DNA of 44,898 bases from Gemmatimonadales bacterium (lineage in GTDB: Bacteria; Gemmatimonadota; Gemmatimonadetes; Gemmatimonadales; GWC2-71-9): positions 1 through 44,898 of the forward strand of contig DATFMZ010000302.1 of assembly GCA_035266665.1 (NCBI GenBank), written 5' to 3'. Below are positions 1-8,838 of the stretch, one piece after another (the stretch's first letter is position 1; every line of letters begins with the position of its first letter). The notes beneath the pieces were generated by a model. It had not been told where the DNA came from, made no database searches, and saw nothing but the letters and a program-made list of their open reading frames with translations. Position numbers and translations under genes: made by a program.

Positions 1-651
1 TACTACATCGCGCCGATCTACCCGGCGCTCTACGCCGCGGGCTGGGTAGCCGTCGAATCACTCACCGCGCCGCGGGCGCGCGCGCTCGTGACCGGAGTGG
101 CGACGGTCGGGATCGTGCTTTGGGGTGTCCTGGTCTTCCCGCTCGGCTATCCCGTGCTCCCGCCCGCGCGGATGGCGCGATATCTCGAACGCCTCGGCAT
201 CGAGCAGGCGACGGAAACGAATCATGGCACCGTCCTGCGGATCCCGCAGGACTACGCCGACATGCTCGGCTGGGAGGCGCAGACCAAGGCCGTCGCCGCG
301 GTCTTCGATTCCCTCACGCCAGCCGAGCAGCGCACCGCCGCGATCGCCGCGGGGAACTATGGCGAGGCCGGCGCGCTCCAGTTCTACGGCCCGCGCTATG
401 GACTCCCGCCGGCCGTCACCAACGCGGGAAGCTTCTGGTATTTCGGCCCCGGTGACCGGCCGGGCGATCCGCTCGTGGCGCTCGGGTCCGATAGTGCCGA
501 TCTCGTGAGGAACTGGCGCACCGTGACGCGCGCCGGGCGTGTCATCAATCGGTGGGGCGTGGCCGAGGAGCAGGACGTTCCCATCTGGGTGGCCCGGGGC
601 GAGAAGGAGACGCTGCAGGCGCTCTGGCCCTCGCTCGGCGGGCACGAGTGA
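1..651 (+). CDS. C-terminal part of a membrane glycosyltransferase (GT39 / ArnT-PMT-like); 5' end outside window
   Basis: Frame 1 is open from base 1 (YYIAPIYPALYAAGW...) into listed ORF 88..651. The tail ...IPQDYADMLGWEAQ...AGNYGEAGALQFYGPRYGLPPA... resembles the soluble C-terminal region of bacterial GT39-family proteins as I remember them. Confidence 0.6.
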   Translation, partial: YYIAPIYPALYAAGWVAVESLTAPRARALVTGVATVGIVLWGVLVFPLGYPVLPPARMARYLERLGIEQATETNHGTVLRIPQDYADMLGWEAQTKAVAAVFDSLTPAEQRTAAIAAGNYGEAGALQFYGPRYGLPPAVTNAGSFWYFGPGDRPGDPLVALGSDSADLVRNWRTVTRAGRVINRWGVAEEQDVPIWVARGEKETLQALWPSLGGHE

Positions 652-708
652 CGCCAAGGTAGCGCCCGACACCTGGCGCATTCGTCGTCGCGCGGGAATC
701 TTCGACCG

Positions 709-1974
709 ATGCTCGATTACGGCCGCGCGCGCCAGCGCCAGATCTACATCGCGGGCCTCGCCGGCAAGAGGCCGTGCGTTCCCGTGCAGCCGAACGCCCT
801 CGAAGCCGCGGCCGAACGCGCGATGTCGCGCGAAGCCGCGACGTACGTCGCCGGTCCCGCCGGGGGCGGCGCGACGTTTCGCGCGAACCGCGCTGCCTTC
901 GACCGCCGTCGCATCGTGCCGCGCGTGCTCCGTGACGTCGAGCGGCGCGACACCTCGATCACGCTCCTCGGGCACACGCTTCCGGCACCGATCCTCCTCG
1001 CTCCGATCGGCGTGCTCGAGATGGCGCATCGCGACGCCGATCTCGCGGTGGCGCGTGCGGCGGCGGCACATGGTATTCCCATGATCTTCTCGAACCAGGC
1101 GTCGGTGGCCATGGAAGCATGTGCCGCCGCCATGGGCGATGCACCGCGCTGGTTCCAGCTCTACTGGAGCAAATCGGACGAGCTGGTGGAGAGCTTCGTG
1201 CGCCGCGCCGAGCGCTGCGGGTGCGAGGCAATCGTGCTCACGCTCGACACCACGATGCTCGGCTGGCGGCCGGGCGATCTCGACCTCGCCTTTCTGCCGT
1301 TCCTTCACGGGAAGGGCATCGCGCAGTACGTGAGCGACCCCGTCTATCGCAAACTGCTCGACCAGCCTCTCGAGGACGTGACGGAAGTGAAGGCGCCCGT
1401 GAACTTCCACACGCTCACGGCCTTTCTCGAGATGGTGCGGAAGTACCCGGGCGGGCTGTTCGAGAAGCTCAAGTCCGGCCATCCGCGGGCGGCGGTGCAG
1501 CGCTTCGTCGCCACATACTCGCGGCCGTCGCTCACGTGGGAGCACGTGAGCAAGCTCGAGGGCATGACCAAGCTCCCGGTGATCCTCAAGGGGATTCTGC
1601 ATCCCGACGACGCGCGGGAGGCGATCGCGCGCGGGGTCGACGGAATCATCGTTTCGAATCACGGCGGCCGGCAGATCGACGGTGAGGTCGCGAGCCTCGA
1701 CATGCTGCCCAAGATCGTGGAGGCGGTGGCGGGACGGATCCCCGTGCTCTTCGACAGCGGCATTCGGGGCGGTGCCGACGTGTTCAAGGCGATCGCGCTC
1801 GGTGCCGCAGCCGTGCTTCTCGGGCGACCGTACGTTTACGGCTTGGCGCTCGCGGGCGAGGCGGGCGTCCACGAGGTGATCTCGAACGTCATCGCCGAGT
1901 TCGATCTCACGATGGGTCTCGCGGGTTGCCGCAGTGTGGCCGAGGTGGCGCAGGCGCGACTGGTCGAGGCGTGA
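709..1974 (+). CDS. FMN-dependent alpha-hydroxy-acid dehydrogenase/oxidase family (lactate 2-monooxygenase-like)
   Basis: 421-aa ORF with hallmark [12 protein letters not shown] and [19 protein letters not shown] motifs of the FMN TIM-barrel family. A long insertion lies between the barrel halves. Confidence 0.9.
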   Translation: MLDYGRARQRQIYIAGLAGKRPCVPVQPNALEAAAERAMSREAATYVAGPAGGGATFRANRAAFDRRRIVPRVLRDVERRDTSITLLGHTLPAPILLAPIGVLEMAHRDADLAVARAAAAHGIPMIFSNQASVAMEACAAAMGDAPRWFQLYWSKSDELVESFVRRAERCGCEAIVLTLDTTMLGWRPGDLDLAFLPFLHGKGIAQYVSDPVYRKLLDQPLEDVTEVKAPVNFHTLTAFLEMVRKYPGGLFEKLKSGHPRAAVQRFVATYSRPSLTWEHVSKLEGMTKLPVILKGILHPDDAREAIARGVDGIIVSNHGGRQIDGEVASLDMLPKIVEAVAGRIPVLFDSGIRGGADVFKAIALGAAAVLLGRPYVYGLALAGEAGVHEVISNVIAEFDLTMGLAGCRSVAEVAQARLVEA

Positions 1975-1982
1975 CACTCGGC

Positions 1983-3056
1983 ATGAGGCGCCGCCTCACG
2001 CTGCTCGGCGCGCTCGGGTTGATCGCCGCCTGCCGCCACGGCCCGCCCAACGTTCCGCCGTCGATCGGGCTGCTCAAGGTGGCGACGCTGGGTTCCAATG
2101 GCGGAGCCGGAGCGCTACCCGTATCCCCGGCGTCCATCGCGCGTGACGCAAAGGGACGGTACGTGGTCGCGCTCGGGAGCGGTCGAAGCGCACCGCTCTT
2201 GATCTATGACAGCACTGGAACCTTCCTGGACACGCTCGGCGCGCTCGGCGACGGTCCCGGTGAATTTCGGACACCAGGTCAGATCATCATCGGGCCCAAC
2301 GACACGATGTACGTGTTCGATCGCGCACGTCTCGAGGTCTTCGATCCAAACCGCACTCCGGTCCGGACAATCAACGGCACCCCGCCTTCCCTGAACGGCG
2401 ATGCAATCCGACTGGACGACGGGCGGTTCGTTCTGAACGCGGGTGACATCCATCCGCCGAACATGCTCGCACTGTACGACGCCGCCGGTCGTCTCATCCG
2501 CACGTTCGCACCGGCGCATGGCTACGAATGCAAAGGGTGTATCCCGCTGGGCTACGCCCTTTCACAAACGGATCAGGGCACGTTCTGGGCGGCGAGCATG
2601 AACTATGACCCTGCCCTCGAACACTGGGACACTGCGGGGCGCCTCCTCGACTCCGTCGTGCCCGCGTTGAGCTGGTTCCACCCATATACACATCGCCCCA
2701 ACGTTGCACCCGATTCGGCACCATCGCCGATCACGACCGGACTCTGGCACGATCGGAAGGGCAACCTCTGGATTCTCGGCGCCGCCGCGAACCCACATTG
2801 GGCGCGAGGACTCGGCCCCATGAAAGAGAGCGACGGGATCCACTACTACCCGATCGACGATCTCACGACGGTCTACGATCTGATGATCGACGAGATCGAT
2901 CCAGATTCAGGAGCGGTGATGGCCGAACGCCGGTTTCCCGCGCTCGGTTATGCGTTGGTGATCGAGCCCGGCCTCATCGGCGCGCTCCGCCAGGATCCCG
3001 ATGGCTGGTGGTACGTGGATGTCTACTACGTGATGAGCAACGAGGGACATGACTGA
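1983..3056 (+). CDS. lipoprotein, predicted beta-propeller (NHL / 6-bladed type), function unknown
   Basis: ORF 1926..3056 trimmed to ATG 1983, giving MRRRLTLLGALGLIAAC (signal plus lipobox Cys). Beta-rich repetitive sequence. The 3' end overlaps the next gene by 8 nt. Confidence 0.7.
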   Translation: MRRRLTLLGALGLIAACRHGPPNVPPSIGLLKVATLGSNGGAGALPVSPASIARDAKGRYVVALGSGRSAPLLIYDSTGTFLDTLGALGDGPGEFRTPGQIIIGPNDTMYVFDRARLEVFDPNRTPVRTINGTPPSLNGDAIRLDDGRFVLNAGDIHPPNMLALYDAAGRLIRTFAPAHGYECKGCIPLGYALSQTDQGTFWAASMNYDPALEHWDTAGRLLDSVVPALSWFHPYTHRPNVAPDSAPSPITTGLWHDRKGNLWILGAAANPHWARGLGPMKESDGIHYYPIDDLTTVYDLMIDEIDPDSGAVMAERRFPALGYALVIEPGLIGALRQDPDGWWYVDVYYVMSNEGHD

Positions 3057-3984
3057 GACACCCGACACCACCCGCTCTCACGTCGCGGGCTATCTCTTCG
3101 CCCTCGCGGCCGGTGCCGTCTGGGGAACCACAGGCCCCCTGTCCACTGCGCTCTATGCGCAGGGCGCGGCGCTCACCGGGATCGGCTTCTGGCGCATCCT
3201 GCTCGGTACGGGTGGGTTCGTGATCTACGGACTCTTCCACCCGGGATTCTTCCGGATGGATCGGAAGGCCGTGCTGCTGGTGGGACTGGGCGGCGGCGCG
3301 CTCGTCGCACTCTTCGAGGTCGCCTATCAGTTCGGCATCGCGGGTGCGGGTGTCGCAGGAGCCGCGGCACTGCTCTACATCGCCCCGGTCCTGGTGGCGC
3401 TGCTCGCCAAGCCGCTCCTGGGCGAGAAGCTCACGCCACTGCGCATGGTGCTCGCCGTGGTCGTGATGGTGGGCGCCGGGATCACGGTCTCCGGTGGGAG
3501 CCATGGACTCGCGGGTGTGGCATTGCCGAGTCTCCTCCAGGGCGTGATCGGCGGTCTCCTCGCGATGGCGAGCTATGCCGGCTCGACGCTCCTCGCGCGG
3601 TACGCCGTGCCGCGCTACGGTGCCGTGCGCGTGCTCTTCCTCGAGATCGCCGGCGGGACGGTGCTCCTGGGAATCATCCTGCCGCTGGCCGGCCATCCAC
3701 CGCTCCCACCCGCAACGATGAGCGGCTGGCTCTTCATCCTTGCCCTTGCACTCGGGCCGGTGGTCGGGGCGAATTTTCTCTTCTTTGCGGGAGTGCGCCG
3801 CATTGACGCCGCACCGACGGCCGTCGCCGCGACGATCGAACCGGTGGTCGGCACGCTCCTCGCCCTCTACCTGTTCGATCAGCGGCTCAGCGTGCTCGGT
3901 TGGATTGGACTCGCGATGGTGGTAGGCGGTGTGGCGGGGGGATATCTGAGGGAGGCAACGGCAGCGGTGGGCGCGGAGCCGTGA
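3049..3984 (+). CDS. EamA/DMT-superfamily transporter
   Basis: 311 aa, about 10 hydrophobic helices, duplicated EamA-like halves (GYLFALAAGAVWGTTGP... / ...GPVVGANFLFFAGVRRIDAAPTAV). Confidence 0.88.
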   Translation: MTETPDTTRSHVAGYLFALAAGAVWGTTGPLSTALYAQGAALTGIGFWRILLGTGGFVIYGLFHPGFFRMDRKAVLLVGLGGGALVALFEVAYQFGIAGAGVAGAAALLYIAPVLVALLAKPLLGEKLTPLRMVLAVVVMVGAGITVSGGSHGLAGVALPSLLQGVIGGLLAMASYAGSTLLARYAVPRYGAVRVLFLEIAGGTVLLGIILPLAGHPPLPPATMSGWLFILALALGPVVGANFLFFAGVRRIDAAPTAVAATIEPVVGTLLALYLFDQRLSVLGWIGLAMVVGGVAGGYLREATAAVGAEP

Positions 3985-4027
3985 GCCGAACGACCTGCGC
4001 CCGGCCCACGTCTCCCGTCTCCCGTCT

Positions 4028-4726
4028 TTACGGCCTCCCACCCGGCCGATAGTAGACGCGCAGGAACGGCACCTGCATCTGGAATCGCCCGTTGTTCGCG
4101 GTGACGTAGAGCCAGAGATAGCTCTTGGTGCCCGAGAGCGTGAACCGCTGGACCAGCTTCATCCCGCTGCCCAGATCGCGCTCCACCCGGAGATCGCCGT
4201 TGTCCCTCCATTCGGCCTGCGTCTCCTCCTTGGCCCCGCCGGGGAGGATCTGGGTGGTCTTCTTCTTGTTGGGATAGAGCACGAGCGTGTCGGTGCCCGC
4301 GATCAGCGTAACCGTGGAATCCGTCTGCAGGATGTCGAGTGCCTTGGCGGGCCGCGCGAGCACGGTGAGCGCCCGGTATCGAATGCGGTCTTCCATGCTC
4401 ATGCTCTGGGGGCCGCGCCGGCCCATGCGCCGCCCGCCGAAGCCACCGCCGTATCCACCGCCGAAGCGGCCTCCCATGGCGCCGCCTTCACCGCCCTCGC
4501 CGCCCTCGGCCGGCTCACCGCCGCCGCCCTCCCCACCTTCCGCGGGTTCCGCCTGGCTGCGCGGCGCCTGGCCGGCATCGATCCCCATCGGCTGCGGCGT
4601 CACGTGATCGCTCTTGGCGCTGTCGTAGATCCAGCGGCCGCTGAAATCGGTGTGCTGCTGCTGTGCGGCGGCTTGACTCGGCAACAACGCGAGCGCGCCG
4701 GCAACGAGGGCGACGTAATAGCGCAT
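4028..4726 (-). CDS. secreted protein with Gly/Glu-rich low-complexity segment, function unknown
   Basis: ORF 4028..4819 trimmed to ATG at 4726 (MRYYVALVAGALALLPSQAAAQ signal peptide; GGAG about 10 nt upstream). Central EPAEGGEGGGGEPAEGGEGGEGGAMGGRFGGGYGGGFGG region. Confidence 0.7.
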   Translation of the reverse strand: MRYYVALVAGALALLPSQAAAQQQHTDFSGRWIYDSAKSDHVTPQPMGIDAGQAPRSQAEPAEGGEGGGGEPAEGGEGGEGGAMGGRFGGGYGGGFGGRRMGRRGPQSMSMEDRIRYRALTVLARPAKALDILQTDSTVTLIAGTDTLVLYPNKKKTTQILPGGAKEETQAEWRDNGDLRVERDLGSGMKLVQRFTLSGTKSYLWLYVTANNGRFQMQVPFLRVYYRPGGRP

Positions 4727-4795
4727 AGGGACCAACTCCAAAGCGTAGAGACGCATCTGCGACAGCCGGCGGTCGCCGACCGTTAGCCGCGACTG

Positions 4796-4817
4796 GCGTA
4801 CGCAGAATATCGTACGC
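4796..4817. promoter_or_regulatory. inverted repeat GCGTACG-N8-CGTACGC upstream of the Tat-GH29 fucosidase gene
   Basis: Perfect 7-bp arms at 4796-4802 and 4811-4817 around an AT-rich cagaatat centre. The repeat ends 26 nt before ATG 4844, in a divergent intergenic region. Confidence 0.3.
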
Positions 4818-4843
4818 AACTTGTCGCGGACCTCAACCCACGG

Positions 4844-6229
4844 ATGCCCGTGCCCCTGAATACGCCCTTCACCCGCCGCGAGTTCCTAAAGACCACCGCC
4901 TCTGCGGCATTCGGGGTCGGGATGCGCGGTCGCCTCCCGTGGGACGGCATCACCGGTCCCACACCCTCCGGCCCACAACTCCGGTGGCAGCGGGACGAGC
5001 GTGCGATGTTCACGCACTTCGGCGTGAACACGTTCACCAACCGCGAGTGGGGCGACGGGACCGAAGACCCCGCGATCTTCGACCCAACGGCCCTCGACCC
5101 GCGGCAATGGGCGCGCGTCGCTCGCCGCACGGGCTTCCGCGCAATGGTGCTCACGGCCAAGCATCACGATGGGTTCTGCCTCTGGCCCAGCCGCTATACC
5201 GATCATACCGTCGCCCACAGCCCGTGGAAACAGGGGCAAGGCGACGTCGTGCGCGAGTTCGTGGACGCCTGCCGCGCGGAGGGCCTCAGGCCGGGTCTCT
5301 ACCTCTCGCCCTGGGATCGTCACGAGCCCTCGTACGGGGACTCCCCCCGCTACAACGACTTCTACTGTAATCAACTGACCGAGCTGCTCTCCAACTACGG
5401 CCCGATCGCCGAGATGTGGTTCGACGGCGCGAACGGCGAGGGACCGAACGGCAAGAAGCAGGCGTACGACTGGCCGCGCTTCTTCGGGCTCGTGCGCCGT
5501 CTCCAACCACACGCCGTGATCTTCTCCGATGCCGGTCCCGACGTGCGGTGGATCGGGAACGAGAAGGGCGTGGCGGGCGATCCCAACTGGTCCACGGTCG
5601 ATCCGGCGGTGGTCCCGTATCCCGGCGCGAGCGGGCCCGGTATCACCGAGGAGCTCCAGCATGGCGATCCCCACGGGAGCGCGTGGCGCCCCGGCGAATC
5701 CGACGTCTCGATCCGTCCCGGATGGTTCTACCATCCCGCGGAAGACGACAAGGTCCGTTCGCCGGACGATCTGATGGATCTCTACTTCTCGTCGGTCGGG
5801 AGGAACTCGAAGCTGCTCCTGAACGTGCCGCCGACCCGGGAGGGGCTGCTTCATCCCACCGACGTCCAGCATCTCACGGCGTTCGACGCGCAACTCACCG
5901 CGCGCTTCCACGACGACCTCGCGGCCGGCGGACGGACCAGCTGGCACAAGACCGGAGCCACCACGGGCGTCCTCACGATGGATCTCCCGCACCCCGCCAC
6001 GGTCGGCCTCGTTTCGCTGAGCGAGCGGATCGAGCAGGGACAGTGCGTCGCGAGATACAGCGTGGCGGGCCGGACCGGCTCGGCGTGGACGCGGCTCTCG
6101 GCGGGGACGACGATCGGCTACAAGAAGCTCGATCGCACGACGCCGGTCGAGATCTCCCGCATCCGCGTCACGATCGACGACGCGCTCGCCGAGCCGCGGC
6201 TCGAGCCGCCGAGGCTCTATCGCGCCTAG
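4844..6229 (+). CDS. alpha-L-fucosidase (GH29) with Tat-type signal and C-terminal beta-sandwich domain
   Basis: TRREFLKTTASAAF twin-arginine signal. GH29 signatures FGVNTF..., VLTAKHHDGFCLWPS, WFDGANGEG. Confidence 0.9.
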   Translation: MPVPLNTPFTRREFLKTTASAAFGVGMRGRLPWDGITGPTPSGPQLRWQRDERAMFTHFGVNTFTNREWGDGTEDPAIFDPTALDPRQWARVARRTGFRAMVLTAKHHDGFCLWPSRYTDHTVAHSPWKQGQGDVVREFVDACRAEGLRPGLYLSPWDRHEPSYGDSPRYNDFYCNQLTELLSNYGPIAEMWFDGANGEGPNGKKQAYDWPRFFGLVRRLQPHAVIFSDAGPDVRWIGNEKGVAGDPNWSTVDPAVVPYPGASGPGITEELQHGDPHGSAWRPGESDVSIRPGWFYHPAEDDKVRSPDDLMDLYFSSVGRNSKLLLNVPPTREGLLHPTDVQHLTAFDAQLTARFHDDLAAGGRTSWHKTGATTGVLTMDLPHPATVGLVSLSERIEQGQCVARYSVAGRTGSAWTRLSAGTTIGYKKLDRTTPVEISRIRVTIDDALAEPRLEPPRLYRA

Positions 6230-6320
6230 CGTCGCGGCGCCGAGGCGCACCCTGGCGGCGGCGGAACCCCCGCGCCATCTTCGTGTCACACCCTCCGTAT
6301 CATCCCTCAGGTGGAGTCAG

Positions 6321-8015
6321 ATGCCTCTCTTTCCGCAGCGGGAATCGTATGACGTCGTGATCGTCGGCTCCGGCGCCGGCGGCGGGATGGCCGCCAAGGT
6401 CCTCACGGAATCGGGCGCCAAGGTACTGGTCCTCGAGGCCGGCGTCCCCTGGAACAACTACACCGACTCGGCGATGCTCGAGTGGCCGTACGACTCGCCG
6501 CGCCGCGGTGCCTCGACGCACCAGCGGCAGTTCGGCGAGTTCGACGCCGGCATCGGCGGGTTCTCGCTGGACGGCGAGCCCTATACGCGCGCCTCGGGCG
6601 AGGACTTCCTCTGGTTCCGGACGCGGATGGTCGGTGGGCGCACCAACCATTGGGGACGCATCTCGCTGCGGTTCGGCCCCTACGACTTCCAACACAAGAA
6701 CATCGACGGCTTCGGCGACAATTGGCCGATCACCTACGACGACGTGAAGCCGTACTACGACAAGGTGGACCGGCTGATCGGCCTCTTCGGGAGCGAAGAG
6801 AACCTGCCGAACGAGCCGAACGGGATCTTCCTCCCGCCGCCCAAGCCCCGTTGTTACGAGCTGCTGATCAAGCAGGCCGCGGACCGCCTCAACATCACCT
6901 GCATCCCGTCTCGGCTCTCCATCATCACGCGGAATTTCAACGGCCGCCCCGCGTGCCACTACTGCGCGCAGTGCAACCGCGGCTGCAAGACCAACTCGAA
7001 CTTCACCTCCACCAACGTCCTGCTCCCCCTCGCGGACCGGACCGGGAATCTCACGCTCAAGACCGGTTGCATGGTGCGCGAGGTGACGATCGACAAGCAG
7101 GGCCGGGCCACGGGCGTCTCGTACGTCGACAAGGAGACGGGCCGCGACGAGCACGTGAAGGGAAGCATCGTGATGCTCGCCGCGAGCTCGTGCGAGTCGG
7201 CGCGGATTCTCTTGAACTCGAAATCGGCGATGTTCCCGGACGGCCTCGCCAACTCGAGCGGCGTGGTCGGCAAGTATTTGACCGACACCACCGGCACGGA
7301 CGTGATGGGATTCATCCCGAAGCTGATGAACGGGATCCCACACAACGAGGACGGCGTGGGCGGGATGCACCTCTACATGCCGTGGTGGCTCGACAACAAG
7401 AAGCTCGACTTCCCGCGTGGCTATCACATCGAGATCTGGGGCGGGCGGGGGCTCCCTGCCTACGGCGCGATGAACGGCCTCCAACGCTTCCCCGATGGCG
7501 GTGGCTACGGTACGAAGATGAAGGCGGACGCGCGTCGCTATTACGGCTCGACGGTCGGCTTTTCCGGCCGCGGTGAGATGATCCCGAACGAGAACAGCTA
7601 CTGCGAGATCGACCCGCACACGGTGGACCAATGGGGGATCCCGGTGCTCCGGTTCCACTGGAAGTGGAGCGACCACGAGCTGAATCAGGTGAAGCACATG
7701 CAGGAGACATTCCGCTCGATCATCCACGAGATGGGCGGCACGCCGTTTGGCGACATGCCGAGCAAGGCGGACGGTTACGGCATCTCGGCGGGCGGACAGA
7801 TCATCCACGAGCTGGGCACCACGCGGATGGGCGACGACCCCAAGACGTCGGTCCTGAACTCGTACAACCAGGCGCACGACGTGAAGAATCTCTTCGTGGT
7901 GGACGGCGGGCCATTCGTCTCACAGGCGGACAAGAACCCCACCTGGACGATCCTCGCCCTCTCGATGCGGGCGAGCGAGTACGCCGTCGAACAGCGGAAA
8001 CAGGGGGCCCTCTGA
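6321..8015 (+). CDS. GMC-family FAD oxidoreductase (large subunit of a two-component sugar/polyol dehydrogenase)
   Basis: N-terminal YDVVIVGSGAGGGMAAKVLTESGAKVLVLEAG Rossmann FAD motif. C-terminal ...HELGTTRMG...NLFVVDGGPF... GMC motifs. GGTGGAG upstream of the ATG. Confidence 0.92.
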   Translation: MPLFPQRESYDVVIVGSGAGGGMAAKVLTESGAKVLVLEAGVPWNNYTDSAMLEWPYDSPRRGASTHQRQFGEFDAGIGGFSLDGEPYTRASGEDFLWFRTRMVGGRTNHWGRISLRFGPYDFQHKNIDGFGDNWPITYDDVKPYYDKVDRLIGLFGSEENLPNEPNGIFLPPPKPRCYELLIKQAADRLNITCIPSRLSIITRNFNGRPACHYCAQCNRGCKTNSNFTSTNVLLPLADRTGNLTLKTGCMVREVTIDKQGRATGVSYVDKETGRDEHVKGSIVMLAASSCESARILLNSKSAMFPDGLANSSGVVGKYLTDTTGTDVMGFIPKLMNGIPHNEDGVGGMHLYMPWWLDNKKLDFPRGYHIEIWGGRGLPAYGAMNGLQRFPDGGGYGTKMKADARRYYGSTVGFSGRGEMIPNENSYCEIDPHTVDQWGIPVLRFHWKWSDHELNQVKHMQETFRSIIHEMGGTPFGDMPSKADGYGISAGGQIIHELGTTRMGDDPKTSVLNSYNQAHDVKNLFVVDGGPFVSQADKNPTWTILALSMRASEYAVEQRKQGAL

Positions 8016-8602
8016 TGACCGACATGAATCGCCGTGACGCCGTGCAGGCGATGGCCGCCGGCACGGCGCTCACCTGGACCGCGCGCCATGCCGATCGCGC
8101 GTCACGCTTCGTCAGGTCGCTCGGCGCTTCGCAGGACTACACGCCGAAGAACTTCACAGCGCACGAGTACGATACGGTCCGCGTGCTGGTGGATCTGATC
8201 ATCCCGCGCGACGAGAAATCGGGCAGCGCCACCGACGCCGGCGTGCCGCAGTTCATGGACTTCATGCTGGGCGACCGGCCGCAGATGCAGACACCCATGA
8301 AGGGCGGCATCGCCTGGCTCGACGCCGAGTGCGAGCACCGGTTCGGGAAGACCTTCGTGGACTGCGCGCCGGAGCAGCAGACGGCCGTGCTCGACGACAT
8401 CGCGTGGCCCGCCAAGGCCCCGAAAGACGTGAGTCAGGGCGTCGCGTTCTTCAACCGCTTCCGCGATCTCACCTGCTCGGGCTACTACTCGAGCAAGATG
8501 GGCGTCGCCGACCTCCAGTACATCGGCAACGTCTACAATCCCGGATACGACGGCTGTCCTCCGGCTCAGCTCAAGAAGCTCGGCGTGAGCTACAGCGACT
8601 AG
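8015..8602 (+). CDS. gluconate 2-dehydrogenase subunit-3 family protein (Tat-signal small subunit for the GMC enzyme)
   Basis: ORF 7631..8602 trimmed to ATG 8015, which shares one base with the GMC stop (TGATG). MTDMNRRDAVQAMAAGTAL twin-arginine signal. Small-subunit size and gene order are typical of this pairing. Confidence 0.85.
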   Translation: MTDMNRRDAVQAMAAGTALTWTARHADRASRFVRSLGASQDYTPKNFTAHEYDTVRVLVDLIIPRDEKSGSATDAGVPQFMDFMLGDRPQMQTPMKGGIAWLDAECEHRFGKTFVDCAPEQQTAVLDDIAWPAKAPKDVSQGVAFFNRFRDLTCSGYYSSKMGVADLQYIGNVYNPGYDGCPPAQLKKLGVSYSD

Positions 8603-8624
8603 GATTCGGATTGTCGAGGGAGAG

Positions 8625-8785
8625 TCGAATGCGCGAGCGGGTGACGCGGGCTTAGGGCCTTGCATGCGGGGGCGCACGGCTAGGACATAAGCGACGGCGC
8701 TTTGATCGATCTCGCCCCGTATGTCCTACCCGAGCGTCCCCGCCTCGCAAGCGCCCGGCGCCCGCGTCACCCGCTCGAGATTCGA
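8625..8785. repeat. about 160-nt imperfect palindrome (rod-like hairpin) filling most of the intergenic region
   Basis: Nested complementary arms: tcgaat 8625-30 / attcga 8780-85; a perfect 17-mer gagcgggtgacgcgggc 8635-51 / gcccgcgtcacccgctc 8760-76; gcgggggcgc 8666-75 / gcgtccccgc 8734-43 (one G-T); taggacata 8681-89 / tatgtccta 8720-28. Central gatcgatc at 8704-11. Confidence 0.8.
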
Positions 8786-8838
8786 TCACGCACAACGCTG
8801 ACCACCAGACGTAGCCAACCACTTTCACAGGACTTTTC

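Noticed and set aside
58-1977. Very long ORFs antisense to, or out of frame with, recognisable genes. Examples: 58..1977(-), 4886..6289(-), 6300..7877(-), 11180..12715(+), 12977..14167(-), 14424..15692(-), 17095..18546(-), 23627..25036(+), 25382..26428(-), 27404..28711(-), 29136..30560(-), 29483..30991(+), 32104..34143(-), 34789..36555(-), 40201..41679(+), 41498..42808(+).
   Set aside because: Their translations are Arg/Pro/Gly/Ala-rich with no recognisable motifs. Each fully overlaps a gene with clear family signatures on the other strand or frame. This is typical of stop-codon-poor shadow frames in high-GC DNA.
6284-6290. Another exact TGTCACA heptamer, 30 nt upstream of the GMC oxidoreductase start.
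   Set aside because: No CGTC/TGTC tetramer at N15-16 (the sequence there is TCAG), and the ATG is too close for the spacing seen at the other six sites. Probably a chance heptamer.
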